DNA of 62,466 bases, filler included, from Rhabdomonas costata (GCA_019059605.1; 38 parts of 38 records of this genome joined end to end with filler, not necessarily neighbours in it), one strand, 5' to 3'. Positions 12,468 through 25,836 are shown, counted from the first letter of the whole stretch. The notes: generated from the sequence alone by a model not told the origin. Numbers and translations: made by a program.

Positions 12468-13577
12468 CTGCAAACCCATCCCCCAGCCTCCTTATCCCTG
12501 GACAAAAAAAGTGCAAAACAGGGCTTAATCTTTGCGACCCAACCACACGAAAAAAGAGTCCTCACAAAGCTGAACCGTCCTAAGAAAGCGGATCTCGCGT
12601 GCACAGAGAGGAGCGAAGGCTCGCTTTATGGGAATGTGTTCAGAAAAGCAAGGCATCCCCTCCCAATAAAAAACCGAGGGACCCAGCTATTATGACCAAC
12701 ACTCCCGTGGAATTCCACGGCCACGGGGTTCCCCAGCATCTGGAGTGCACACATTGCTGCATTGCTTTTTTAGTGCGCCAGTTTTCTATGACGGTTGCTC
12801 TTTCGTCTAACTCGAAACTACAAGCAGAAAAAAAGGGGACCTCTTCAGCAAACAAAACCTGCACACGACAAGAACAGTGTCATGTTTGGCCGGCTTCTGT
12901 CCCCAGTCCACACACTGCTGACTCCTCCTGTTTTAAAACTCAAGAGAAAGAAAGAGAGAGAGAGACACCTCGAGCTCCTCCTCGTGGCCGGACGGCTGGA
13001 CCGCCTGTGGTTGCGGGCTGCTCAGCGCAGTCACCGCCCTCACTGCGGACCCCGCTGCAGGGCCGGAGCTCTCCAGGGGACCCCCACACCANNNNNNNNN
13101 NNNNNNNNNNNNNNNNNNNNNNNNNNNNNNNNNNNTTAATTAATTAANNNNNNNNNNNNNNNNNNNNNNNNNNNNNNNNNNNNNNNNNNNNTGTGGGTGT
13201 GTTTGGGGTTGGGTGGCTTCTACATCTCACCACGGTATGCTCGCCACGCTGGAGGGCTGCGAGAATTCTCTTCTCTCGGTTCAAAGCAGAGTAAGGCATC
13301 GGCATCACCTCCAGCGAAGAAAGATTCCCACAGGGGTCTTCTTCGTTTGGATTTCCCTCTACTCTTGGCTCCACTGCAGAGAACAGAGATGGAGGTGTTG
13401 CACCCGCAGGCGTAGCAGCAGTGGGTGGGCCCAACCCCAAACACAGACCCGGTACCACAACGCACGCATGCATCGGCCGTCTAAACCCCACACCCTCACA
13501 GAAAAAAAGCGTCCCAGCAGTGATGTTGCATACACACCATCGCGGCAAGAGCCTCGAGGATCACGCTGCGTTTTGAC

Positions 13578-14295
13578 TTAAGCATCTGTTGCACCGCGTG
13601 GTGCATCACGTCCTCATTTAGCAGGTCGCGCTTGTACAGCTCGGCCATGAACTGCACGTTGGCCAGAGTCCGCTGCCGGAACCGCTGCTCCTCAATGGTG
13701 GCCCTCTCGCGCTCCTCCTCCGACATCTCCGAAGTGTTCGGCTGGGTGCAAGAAGGGGAAGGCGGAGAGGAGAGAGAGAGGACTGCCTGGGTTTATCACC
13801 CCCACACACACATACGATGAGTGGGATGAGTGGGATACCAACGACATCTGCCACTACTCAAGGAAAGGCCAAAGGTCAAGGTGCTGGAAGCAGATTTGGA
13901 CATCCTCCTGCATAAAAGAATGTCACAGAAGCAAACATGCTGGCTGCTGTTTCGGAAGAAATCGGGGCAACTTTTGCGGGGTGAGCAGGGTGGACTCGGA
14001 GCTGAGCTCGGAGAAGATCCTCCGAGGCCCCTCCACACAGATTCCAAGATGAAAAAGAAAACGCGTGTGAAGGCAAGCAAAGAGACGCCCCCCGTCAAAG
14101 AACTGCGCACCAGATCAGATGACAAAAATCTCGGGCGGAGAATGTGCATACCGGCACGTGGCTCATGCCTTCTTCAAAGCGGCAGTGGCACTTCTCCAGA
14201 AGGATTTTCCGGAAGCGATCCAGCATCTCCGAGCGCCCACCGCCGTTCTCTGCAGGCGCGGAGGAGGGATCCTGGTGCTCCCCAGAATGGGAAGC
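13578..14295 (-). CDS. eIF4G: eIF4G-family MIF4G domain fragment; exons 14158-14295 and about 13578-13741
   Basis: FRKILLEKCHCRFE ... EEERE...RFRQRTLANVQFMAELYKRDLLNEDVMHHAV matches the MIF4G motifs FR..LL..CQ..FE and R.R.LGN..F.GEL.K...L.E..MH; phase-0 GT-AG join. Confidence 0.85.
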
Positions 14296-15075
14296 CTGCC
14301 ACAAAGAGACAGAAAAAAAAGAAGGCGCACCTGACTCGATGCGAGGTCTTCTTTCTTGTCCTAGGGCACACGTGCATCGCCTATTTAACCCCACGCGAGA
14401 TCATCTATCGTGTTCTAAGTCACGCGCAAATCGCCCACCGAACCCCCGGCGAAATCTTCGTTCTTGTCCAGCAGGTGGACGACACAAAGAAAAAGCATAC
14501 CTGGAAAGGTGCTACAATTTGCAGCCGCGTTTTTTCCTCCGGAATCCACCGCACTCGGGGGCAAAACACCTCCCCCAGTGAATCCGACACGACTCCAGAC
14601 GCGCCCCAGAGGAAAATTTACCGGGGCGGGAGACGTCTGTGCGTATGCACTTCAAAGAACTCAAAGAATAGGGGATCCGCATTTCAGGAATAGGACGGAA
14701 GTGACAAGGGAAAGAAAAGGCGTATTCTGTACAAAAANNNNNNNNNNNNNNNNNNNNNNNNNNNNNNNNNNNNNNNNNNNNTTAATTAATTAANNNNNNN
14801 NNNNNNNNNNNNNNNNNNNNNNNNNNNNNNNNNNNNNTGCGCGAGGGTTTGGTAATGGAGCCTTTTGAAAAAGAATGTATGGCCCGTAAGCATGTTGTCA
14901 AATGGCAAAGAGAGAATTTGGCCGCTGAGCTAGCGAGTAAATAAGTGAGTGAGTGAATGCACGAGTGAGTGTGAGCGGGCGTGTTTCAGTTCTGCGAGTG
15001 ATCACTGAGCAAGCTGAGCCCATTGAGGGGGTCAGTTGTGCGGAGGAGGGGGAAGAGAGGGATTGGGATGGGGAC

Positions 15076-15955
15076 CTCAGAGAACAGGGAGGCCGCCTTA
15101 GTGCGCTCCTGTGAGGCCACTGCCTCGATGGCCTGCAGCCTCTGCTGCAGTTGCTCCTGCCCCCCGCCCAGCACCCCAACGGCGGACTTCAGCTGAGCGT
15201 TCTCTTGGGCCTGTGGGGAGATGGGCATTTCCCAATGCGAAAGAGAGAGAGAGAGATAGCACTGAGAGGTATAATTGTCCCTTCGCTTACCCTTTGTCTA
15301 CCGTAATGGATGTTGGTTACATTTAGGAGCAAAAGTGAAGGAGAAAGGGGTAAACTCCGAGCTGAGAGACTGACTGGTCTCACATACAGTTCTGGACTGA
15401 ATGGTATTTCGACCCTCGAGCGGAATGGTTGGGTCATCATCAGCCAGGTTGGACGCTGGTATTCGGGTTCTTTGCATCTGAGGGGTTGCCAACTCGTGGG
15501 ACCCTTCACATCTGAAATCGGAGGATAGGTCAGGTTCAGTATCGCTCGCATCCCTGGCAAAGCGAACACTGCAGCGGACGCGTTGTCCCGCAGCCCTGTT
15601 GCGTGACGACGACTCCAGTTGTCTGCAGAACACCACGCTGAGAACGTACGTCTCATGCGTCGGTGGCTTCAGTTACTGTTGTGCATATGAAGGAAAACTA
15701 CCCGCCTGGACCGGCCGCTCCGTCTCATGCGTCGGCGGTGGGTGCGGTGGGATTCGGGAGGAAGACAGGAGGAGGGGCCGGAGAGGTAAGCACACAGAAT
15801 AGTTGCGCACAAGACAGCGTGAAAACCCAGCGATGGGGGAAGGGAAGGTTGCACACCGTTGCGGCTTGGGCAGCTTGAGCACTGCGCAGAGCGGTGGCGA
15901 GCTCCTCGCACTTCAGCTCGAGCTGGTCCCGGGCGGCGTCGACCTTGGCCAGGGC
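15076..15955 (-). CDS. Coiled-coil protein, exons 15857-15955 and 15076-15210
   Basis: Phase-0 GT-AG intron 15211-15856 joins ALAKVDAARDQLELKCEELAT..AT to AQENAQLKSAVG... Confidence 0.7.
15440..15600 (+). mobile_element. Ty3/gypsy RNase H C-terminal remnant inside an intron
   Basis: FSIARIPGKANTAADALSR (15535-15591) matches the gypsy motif I.Y.PGK.N..ADALSR; preceded by VGRW and stops. Confidence 0.75.
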
Positions 15956-18900
15956 CTGCATATGCGTATTGGGGTGCTGATGAGCATCAATTCCAGCACA
16001 CAGCAGCACGAACGCCGTAGGATGGAAAGAAAGGAGGGGGGGACCGCGGCCAAAACATACCGAGCAATACCAAGAAATGTGATTCGGTCGACGGTGCGAC
16101 GAGGAGAAAAGCGTGTTTCCCGAGAAATTCTGCGAATTTTCCTCCAACTCCGCAAGGTCTTCCTTTCCCTTCGGACAGTGGTGAGGTCCACACCCATTCC
16201 CGCAGCTCCAGCTGTTACCCCCTCTGTTACCGCTCCGCGGGCGGACGATGCCCTTCAGCCCGCCTCCCGCCCAACCCAGCACCCAGTGGGTGTCATCAGT
16301 GGATAAAGGCACCTAAACAACTGCAAGGCACTATTCCATTTTCATAACTTCACATCCTTAGAATGCTGGAAGCTGCGCAGCACCNNNNNNNNNNNNNNNN
16401 NNNNNNNNNNNNNNNNNNNNNNNNNNNNTTAATTAATTAANNNNNNNNNNNNNNNNNNNNNNNNNNNNNNNNNNNNNNNNNNNNGGGTGTGGAGTTCACA
16501 GGGGTGTACCAGTGATGGAAGGCGAGGGATCCAACGGATCCAACATTACACAGCAACCTCTGAAGTTTCAAATCCCACACTGAGTCTGGTTCAAAGTCTG
16601 AAGTCCAGCACACAGCATAGCAGCACGAATTCAGAGAGAGAGAGGGGGGGGAACCGAAAATATGGAGAAGAGCAAACGGAAAAGGTTGCACTACCACTAA
16701 AGAGCATCCACGGGGCACCACAACCCGAGGGTGCAAAGTCAGTTCAGTCAATACAGACCCACCAGGACTGCCAAAGCACCGTGGAGGCTTGCTGTAAATG
16801 CAAAAGGCCTGATTCTGATTCGGCTTACCCCTCTTCTGCAGGGCCGAGCTTTCTCACTACACCCCAGCATTCGGCAACAAGTAAGCAAAAAGAATGACAC
16901 GTCAAAATTATGGCATCGTGCTTCTGCTGGATTGTTGAAATCAGATACACATTTGTCGTTTTCTCAGCGCCGTTGCCTGAGTCACTCATTTCGACGGTAT
17001 GAGGCAGTCGCAAAACTTCCGAAGTTGGCAGTACAGCTCATGATGGTGGATATGGGCATAGGTTTGATGTGCGTGGTCCTCAAATTGATTCACAGAGAAA
17101 GTGGTAATAATTCACGTCATTTCCTCTTCCTTGTGTGTGTGGGAAAAAATAAAGCAGGTCAATTCACCACACAAAGGCTGAATTTTCGTTGCCTCGCCAG
17201 CACGGGCAGACGAGCGGCCGTGCTACGCCAGTCTTTCTGAAAGGTACCCACGCACAGGAAGTGCCACAGGCGCCCTGCTCAAACACACGGAACGTCGTCC
17301 ACCGCAAGCTCACCACCCGTTGAGGTGGCACACATAATAAGGAAAGAACGCGCGCACGCACCTCAGCGTACGGGCAAGCAAAAATTTGAAAACGGACACC
17401 CGAAAAGGCACAGGCACACAACACAAGCAAATCAAAGGAGAATGCCAAATGGGTAAAGCTAACCCATTGGATCCATCGCCCATTTGCAACACAACCCTCC
17501 ATCTTCAACCTGAATATTTCCCTTGTTTCCCGCATCAGCAGCAGGTGCGCTACTGAAGTTCAGGGACAAGCTGGAGGAGGGGGAAAAGTCCGGTGGAAAA
17601 AGAAGGTACAAATGTACCCTGCACCGTTTCCCCCCCCCCAAAAAAAAATAGAATGGGCATCCCTCTCCTCCCTCAAAATACAGTGTTGAGGCAAGGAGTG
17701 TATAGCACGCACGTGAAGACCACGATGTAACAACATTGCATTTTGGGATGGAGGGAAGAAGGGAGGCCGTCCAAACATGTATTGAAAATGATGAAAAAAA
17801 AAAAAGAAGATTCACCAAGGACTATCCCGTGCGGCCCTCCAAGTTTCTGCGAAGCACCCCATGGGACACTGTGAGAGCTGAAGATAACAGGGAGGGAAAG
17901 TGAGGCTAAATCAGGACCATTTATATCGGCAAAAGTCGCACCACGAGGAGGGAGAAGAAGTAACCGATGGAAGAATGTGTGCAACCGGTCAACACTCTCC
18001 CTTGCATCTGCTCCTTCAACCACCACACACANNNNNNNNNNNNNNNNNNNNNNNNNNNNNNNNNNNNNNNNNNNNTTAATTAATTAANNNNNNNNNNNNN
18101 NNNNNNNNNNNNNNNNNNNNNNNNNNNNNNNGGTGGGGTTGGTGGGTTCGCTGATTGTTCTCTCTCTACGTGGTTTCTCTTACCCATTGTTGCATCTTCT
18201 AGCTGCACGGTTTCTAGGTTTCTGTCTCTCTCTGCTGACGGTCGCTAGGTCTGGGTACGGTGCTGGGTCGTGGGTTGATTGTTTGTTCCGGGTTCGGGGT
18301 TACTGTGCCGGTGGGTTCACGTACAATGTGAGGGTCTGTATTGAGGGTTGGCTAAGGTGGTGTGTGTTGGGCTGATGGGTGTGGGTCTTGAAGTGTAGGT
18401 CATGGTCACTTGTGTTGGAGTTGCGTTGGTGCTGATGGTGGTGGTTGGTGGGCTCTTGGTGTGGTTAGCGTTGATGGGGTGTAGGGCTTGTGGTTGTCGC
18501 TGTTGGTGCTGGTGTCACCGTTTGGGTCTGGTGTTGGGGATCTTTGTGGTTGTGTGTTGCATCTGGAGTGGTATTTTGTTGGTGTGTGGGTCTCTGTTGG
18601 TGCGATGGTTTGGATGTTGGAACGTGCGTCGAGGTCTCAGGGTTGCATTGGGGTTGTAGCTTGGGTGGTGTGTTCTTGGTCTCAGCTATGGGTCTGTGTT
18701 TCTGGAGTGAGGGGTTGGAAGTTGGCACGGGTGCTGGAATTGGAGTTGTGGTAGAGGGTGAGATTGAGGTGGCTGGTACTTGGAATGTAGTGGTGGCTGC
18801 GGTGGTGACCACGGTGATGGCTCTGTGTGCGTCGGTGTGGGGAATTCTCCCGTGGGTCTTTGCAACTGTTTCTTTTGACGTCACTCGTGATGTCCTGATC

Positions 18901-19992
18901 ACCTGCCTCGGCAGTACTTCAACAGTGGTATAACGCGTGAGGGTAAGTCACCTCAGCGACGGATCCGATGGGCCTTCCGCATTATCGACGATAGCTCCCA
19001 GTTCACCACAGCAGTAATGGGGACGCCCATGAAGTTATGCGCCTGGGTTGCCATCATTTATCCAACTGACCGAACCAACACGAAGCACATGGTGACGTAG
19101 GATGAACGGTAGGCTATGCATCGTCGCGCGTAACTCAACCCCTGAGGTGCACACTGTTGTAGTGCCTGGAGGCGAGTCACGTCATCACCCCACAGGTTGG
19201 ACAGGATGACGTGACCTCCAGTGGTGGACACGAACCCACGTCATAGATGTGGTAGTAGTGCTGGGGAGGTGACTCAAGGTCGATCTGCAGTGGGCCCTCG
19301 AAACCCACCGTACGGGACAATAAATCCCCCAATCGACTTCGGATTAAGGTGAAGACCCGCAACCAGGACCCGGCACCATGGTTGCTTTTTGTTTTCATCG
19401 CAAATGAGCTATTGAACTCTGGCTATAGTTATAGCTTTTGCCCCACCCGTAGTTCCTTGTTTTTGGTTATCGCTGCTTTCCGCTGCTGCAGGGGTGGTTG
19501 TTCCCCTATATCAGCTTTCCCACCATGGACCGTGGTCATGACCACCATCAAAGATGCTAACCACAAGCACGCTGGAATGTAGGAATTCTCCGTCTTTCCG
19601 TGCCAATCGAATCCTTGTGCACAACAATTACAAGTGGAAGCATTATGTATACAACTCCCCTTCTTTTCACCACCACACNNNNNNNNNNNNNNNNNNNNNN
19701 NNNNNNNNNNNNNNNNNNNNNNTTAATTAATTAANNNNNNNNNNNNNNNNNNNNNNNNNNNNNNNNNNNNNNNNNNNNTGTGTGGGGGTGTCGGCTAATA
19801 AAGAGATTAGACATGGCTACAAACTCAAATTCAAGAATTCGAGAAATTTCTTTTGACGGGACCTTCTTTCTTTTTGAGCTCGCATTGGGTCGTTGCATCC
19901 CTGGTCCTTAATTGCAGAGAGGAGCCCAGTGCCCCTTGCCGCTTGCCGCCTGTCGTTTCACCCCAGGCTGGTCTGTGAATCGGTTATTCCGA

Positions 19993-20028
19993 TCTTCTTC
20001 TTCTTCTTCTTCTTCTACTTCTTCTTCT
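19993..20028 (+). repeat. (TCT)n microsatellite
   Basis: About 12 trinucleotide units with one interruption. Confidence 0.9.
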
Positions 20029-20789
20029 TTTTCGGAATCTTGTCTCGACCGAATGTGGCATTCCTGTGATTTCCCTGACGAAGCGCTGCTATTGTTGTGC
20101 TTTTTTCTTGGGTGGTGCAAAAGCCACGTCTGAGAGAAAGGAAACCAGTCTCTCAATCATACACATGCACACATGCACACCCTCTTGGGCATCATCCGAG
20201 GTCTGCGGGGGCTGAGGGCTGCTGCTGCTGCTATTCTGCACCTCCGGTTCCTCGTCCCCTGCTTCGAGATTGCCTTGGGACTCGCCAAGATCCTCCGAGA
20301 TCGCGCCGCTGGGCTCCCGCGACACCTCGGCGTCCACGTCGACCGCCCTTTTGCTGCGCTCGGGGGCCGAGCCGCGTTGCTCGTGGCTGGTGATGAACGC
20401 ACTGAGCTCGCGCCAAACGTCTTCGGGGCCCCACGCTTCCCCACTGTTCGCAGAGAGGTGGAGAAATACAGGTGTACAGACCCCAAAGTTCGACGTCACT
20501 TCAAAGGCCAATCCAACAAGATTCAAAGTTAAAAGTAAGAGAGGACCTCCCACCTGCGAACATGACGATAGTGGGTCACCAAGTCGGAACCTCCAATCGG
20601 GTTTGAAAGCAGCGGTCGCAGTCTGCCGTCCCTTGGAGACAGATTCTGTGTTGCCTCTGCTCTGCCTACCTCACTTGCAACAGGTCCAGAAGCAGTGCCG
20701 AAGGCTGTGCTCTCACTGCGTCTGCTTTTCTAGCATGGCACGCCCACGTCCTCTCAACAATCGCCCTGCAGCTGTAAGATTCTCCTGAC

Positions 20790-20966
20790 TCTTAAGTTGA
20801 CAGTCATGTGAAAGACGGAGGAAGAGTCTGACCTGGGCGACACGGGCCCCAGCGGGGCGGAGGGGCTGCCCTCGCCCGAGGGGTCTCCCAGGGCGTAGAA
20901 CACCACCAACGGCTGCCACTTCCCCAAAAGCCAAAACTGGCACATCTCAAGCCAGTCTGTGTGAAC
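20790..20966 (-). CDS. USP53/USP54-like ubiquitin hydrolase domain C-terminal exon; further low-complexity exons likely down to about 20180
   Basis: DWLEMCQFWLLGKWQPLVVFY resembles W..V...C..G..QP.LLFY at the end of USP53/54-type domains; CAG|GTT and AGA|GTCAGG boundaries. Confidence 0.55.
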
Positions 20967-21522
20967 CTGGTGGATGCGGGGTGGGTAGGAGAGGGACGCA
21001 CGCACGCACACACACCTGCAAACACTTCGTGCACAAGGCATGCTTTTGGTGGTCCTCCCTGAGCCAGCTGTATGTCCTGTGTGCGGCTCGCTCGGGACCC
21101 TCTTCTTTTTTGTGCGAGCCCCCCCGGGGGGTGTTCCTGGTATGTCACAGATCGGTAACCACCGCCGCCGGTGCGAACCCGCGCGGAGCCGAACATATGC
21201 CGCATCTCGTAACTCATCGCGTGCCCTCGGGTTTTCCGACACGCACAGGCATGGCGCACATGCATGTGCATCCGCCTTTGTGCCTTCTTTGGCACGCCTC
21301 AGACACCCATCTCATGAATGTGTANNNNNNNNNNNNNNNNNNNNNNNNNNNNNNNNNNNNNNNNNNNNTTAATTAATTAANNNNNNNNNNNNNNNNNNNN
21401 NNNNNNNNNNNNNNNNNNNNNNNNCACTGTGTCATCAAAGTTTCCCATGCACCCTCATCCTCATTCTTTGCGTTTTCGTGGCAATCCATTTGATTCCTTA
21501 CAATGGTTTTTTTCAATCGCAG

Positions 21523-22621
21523 CCGACCCCCTGCAAGGACGCCGGCGACGATGAGATGCAAGTCGACACCCAGAGCAAGAGCAAGACCAGCACAGAGGGA
21601 CTTATTACGCCGGCCTCTCCCAATGGTAGCCCCTCCAGAGCAGCACAGGGGGCAACCACTTCTCCAACTTCCATGACTCCAGCAGCCCCTGCTCCCTCAG
21701 GGGCGGCGGCGGCTGAGGCCCCGCCTCTTCTGCTGCTGTACGGGTCTCAGACGGGCAACGCGGAGAGCATCTGCAGGGACCTTCACTTCTCTGCCCTGGG
21801 CAAGGGTTTCCCCGCTGGGGTCAGCACTCTGAATGACTGCAGCCCTGCCCGGCTGGCGGCTGCGGTGGTCGCGGTGATCGTGTGCTCCACCACGGGGGAC
21901 GGGGATGCCCCGGACAATGCTGTGGGGTTCTTGCGGTGGTTGCGACGGCAGTCCGCAGCGAACGCTGCGCTGCTAGGAAACCTGCACTACACCATTCTCG
22001 CTCTGGGAGATCAGAACTACAGCCGGTAACAGATTCTTTGGCTCCCTGGGAAGTGGGGGTGGGGGGTTGAGCCTTGGAAATCATGTGTGGTCCTCAAAGT
22101 TCGAATGTCGCATGATCATTAAAATTCTATATTCGTAACACGTATGACGCGAAAATGACGGAAAACGTTAAGCATACATTAACAGCATTCATTAAACCAT
22201 TTTAAGCTTGTATTCACAATACAAGCTGTGGAAGTGCCCACACTCCTTCGCACCGAGCACCGAGTCATTATGTGCCCAGATGTGTTAACGCGTTATTAGT
22301 GTAAGGAGGTGAGTGATTTCTGTTTTCAATTTGATGTGATGTTTGCCTGATTGTTTTGCTCTCTTAGGCCTCTGGGCTTTGCTTGATCGCATCGTATTTC
22401 CCACCAAACTGGAGCTTTTTGTGAAGTCAAATTCCACCGCAATGCAATGAGAAGCGTTCATGTTTCGTGACAGGTTTTGTGAGGCGGGGCGCAAGATAAA
22501 CGGCTTCCTAAGCGGTCTTGGGGCTCGGCTGTTCTACCGCCGTGGTGAGGCCGATGACGGCGTGGGCCTGGAGGCAGTAGTAGAGCCCTGGAAGCAGGAT
22601 CTGTGGGGCAGCCTATCCCAG
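21523..22621 (+). CDS. MTRR: Flavodoxin (FMN) domain of a diflavin reductase, methionine-synthase-reductase-like; exons 21523-22025 and 22474-22621
   Basis: LLLYGSQTGNAESI, CSTTGDGDAPDNA, LALGDQNYSR/FCEAG and GEADDGVGLEAVVEPW; STTGDGD and ADD..GLE.VVEPW are MTRR-typical; GT-AG intron 22026-22473. Confidence 0.85.
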
Positions 22622-22843
22622 GCGATGTTTTTCGGCTCCACCGTCCCCCCGGTACGCGATACCACCCCAACATTTTGCATACAGCACCCCAATCCCTGAC
22701 CGCAAAATTGCCCAGGATGCTGCCACTGCTCTTCTTGTTTCGCTCATGATTCATGAGTCCGCCAGGACACTGCAACTGGGGTGAAAATGCAACCTTTGAG
22801 GAGTGCTGGAAACTTCATTATCATAGTTGAACGTGAATAAACT

Positions 22844-22970
22844 CACTGTGTCATCAAAGTTTCCCATGCACCCTCATCCTCATTCTTTGCGTTTTCGTGG
22901 CAATCCATTTGATTCCTTACAATGGTTTTTTTCAATCGCAGCCGACCCCCTGCAAGGACGCCGGCGACGA
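22844..22970 (+). repeat. Exact 127-bp direct repeat of the contig start (21425-21551)
   Basis: Both contig ends read CACTGTGTCATCAAAG...GCCGGCGACGA; period 1419 bp. Confidence 0.97.
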
Positions 22971-23521
22971 NNNNNNNNNNNNNNNNNNNNNNNNNNNNNN
23001 NNNNNNNNNNNNNNTTAATTAATTAANNNNNNNNNNNNNNNNNNNNNNNNNNNNNNNNNNNNNNNNNNNNGGTGGTGCGAGCGGAGCGTGTGTATCGGCT
23101 GGAGGTCGTGGTGGACTGCCTATTGCTGTGTGGGCGCGGGTGGAAGAAAGGAAGGAAGTGAGTGGAAAAAGGGAAAAGCAGATAAATTGAGAAAAAGGGC
23201 TACAACCCAAATGAGACGGCGCAGGTACACTTCGACTCTGTCGAACAATCGCGCGGAAAGCTCTTCTAGGAATAATAGCTGCTCAACAAACCATCCGGGG
23301 GGCATCCATAATCCGCAACCCGCGTGCCCCAACCAAATCAGACCCATTTACCTGCTGTGCTGCTAACCCAAAAACCCTTTTGTTGGCCATTTCCACGCAA
23401 ACTGGGGGCAGCAAGCGAACCACTGACATGAAAAAGTCGGGGGTGCGTGTACTTGACTTGGGAGACGTGAAAACATAGCACAGAAGCACCGGGGGGAAGG
23501 AGTAGGCCGTCCCATACACAC

Positions 23522-24220
23522 AGACAGCAAGCGGTTTCTCTGCGCATATCGCGGGGGAGGCAACCCCTCAGCCTGCATGCGCCCCCTTCCGGAGGGCGGT
23601 CGCGGCTTTGACCTTGTCCTCAGAGGAGACCACCACCCCGTCCAGGCACTGCACCTGGGGCAGCATGAACAGCACCTTCACCCGCAGCTCCGCCAGGAAC
23701 TCTGCGTGCCACACACACACACACCCTACAGATTACCACCAACATCCAAAACCCGATTTTATGATCACGAAGAAAGGAAAAAGGGCAACAGTGGTCGGGA
23801 GCGTGCACAAGGGCAAGAGGGAAAAGCTATGCCAAAAAACGGACGGGTCATATGGTTCCGCAGGAATACGCAGACCCCTTCTGCCCCACAAGCTCCCACG
23901 CCTTTGTCGCACATGGGTGTGCAGATGTTGTGTGCGATGTGATAAGAGGAGGGGGAGAGAAAGGCACCGTCCAGGGTGACCGGCTTGGGGGGCTCGGGGA
24001 CCACCACGACCTCCCCGCTGTCGCTGGCCACGACGTCATCCCTCTCCTCGGCGTCCTCGCTGGCCTCCGGCACCGGGGGATGGGCCAGGGGATTGTCCCG
24101 CACCCACAGCTCCCGTAGGCTGCCCACCGCGGACAGCCTCCGCACCTCCGCCAGGTCATGCAGGGCGTTGGAGCGAAGGTCCAGCGTCAGCAGCAGCGAA
24201 AACCCCGCAAGGGCTTCCAC
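23522..24220 (-). CDS. Leucine-rich-repeat protein with LRRcap (sds22/U2A'-like); exons 23968-24220 and 23701 to about 23522
   Basis: LLTLDLRSNALHDLAEVRRLSAVGSLRELWVRDNPL, then LRVKVLFMLPQVQCLDGVVVS.EDK; phase-1 GT-AG join. Confidence 0.85.
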
Positions 24221-25836
24221 CTGGTGGACGCGGACGCAACGCCAGGGCATTATGCATATACACACAAATACACATACAAACATTACACACGATATGGATT
24301 ATTCCCGCTGAACTACGCCCCTGTGTTAGCATCGCTTGACCGCAATGAATAACGCAATGAACTCTGGGTGTCCTTGGTGGCATTTTCTGTGCTCGAGACG
24401 TCACAGTCGTGCTCACACTGCTGAGTCAAACTAGCAGCTGAAACAGTCACTGCGCGAGAACACTTCCTCAAAACGGGTAAGGCATTGGGAACACAGGAAA
24501 TCAAGCAGGCACACGGTGGAGCCGAAAATTGCGACAACAACATGCACCCCCAATGATGGGCAAAGCCATAGAGAGTATGCCAGTTTACGCTTCCCGGGGT
24601 AGCCGACCCACAAACCNNNNNNNNNNNNNNNNNNNNNNNNNNNNNNNNNNNNNNNNNNNNTTAATTAATTAANNNNNNNNNNNNNNNNNNNNNNNNNNNN
24701 NNNNNNNNNNNNNNNNCAAGCGCGGAGGCCTCATGGAGGCTGTCCTCCCACGGGGGGTAACCATGTGATCAGCCTCCTTTGGGTGAATTCGTTTGCACCA
24801 CATCTGCCCAGTACATACCGTTTGCAAAGCCTCCGCCTGTCTTTCCTCACTCGATGGCACGTGCAAACACTGCACTGACAGGAATACCTATTACGGCCAA
24901 TTTCAACCCTTGGAACCTTCTTTTGCGGGCGAGAGATTGTGCTTATTTAGACCATCCGGTAATTAGGATACTTGGTTGACCGCGAATCAGACATCTCATC
25001 ATAAAACTATGATCACGCAACAATTAAAGCGATGAACGTCCCAGTTCAATTCTGGCATCGATGCCAACTGCCTGTCGGCTTCTGGGCGACGGCAGCGGTA
25101 AAGTGTCGGCAGGTGAACCGAGAAACAAACTCCACTGGATTTCCGGTATAGCCCCTACGAACATGTCCTCAGGGGGCCGGCTTCTCTCTTGCGTACCTTA
25201 TCGTTACTACAACGAAAAAAATATGCCTACACTAAAATGTGCATTCAATAAAAACGAGAATAGTAGGCGACTGCCGCATAAATGCGGACCACAAAAACCA
25301 AATCACAGTAACGTAGGTAGGCAGGTTGGTGGGTGAGTAGGCAGGTGCGTAGGAGGTTGAGTAGGAAAGTAAGAGGCTCACTCCGCAGTTGAACAGCATG
25401 TTTCCAAAAAAAAACCCTCTGCGTCGTCGCTTCTACCGGTTTAAGATTTGCTAGGAACGACTTTGGGCACTTCTGACCTGCGACGATTAACTGTTGCCTC
25501 AGTCTTCAGCAGCGCTGGAGGAAGAGGGCGCGAAATTCACTGAAACGCATTCCTCAGCCGCTGTGTCCACACATGACACGGCGCAGCACACCACACAGTG
25601 ACAACACCTCCCTCCCTCCCTCCCTTCCCTCCAGCCCATACGCAAAAACCGAAGTGGTCGAAGGAAGTGATCCACAATGGGTCCGCGACCCATTGTGGAA
25701 AACAAGAGCTGCCTGAAGACCAGGCAAAAACCTGGAAGGCCACCCTCTGTGGTGGGAGGTGGCGAGCGAGGAAGAAATGGGGGAGGAAGAGAGAAGGAGG
25801 AGGAGGATGTTAGTAAGGCGACGGCCGCCCGGGGGC

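Noticed and set aside
13830-14693. 287-aa plus-strand ORF
   Set aside because: Antisense to the eIF4G exons and introns; shadow ORF.
18132-19400. Thr/Pro-rich and Val/Gly-rich ORFs and a CPTC...H....H motif suggesting a non-LTR element
   Set aside because: Products of noisy GT-rich low-complexity sequence; zinc-finger spacing is wrong and no RT or endonuclease motifs are seen.
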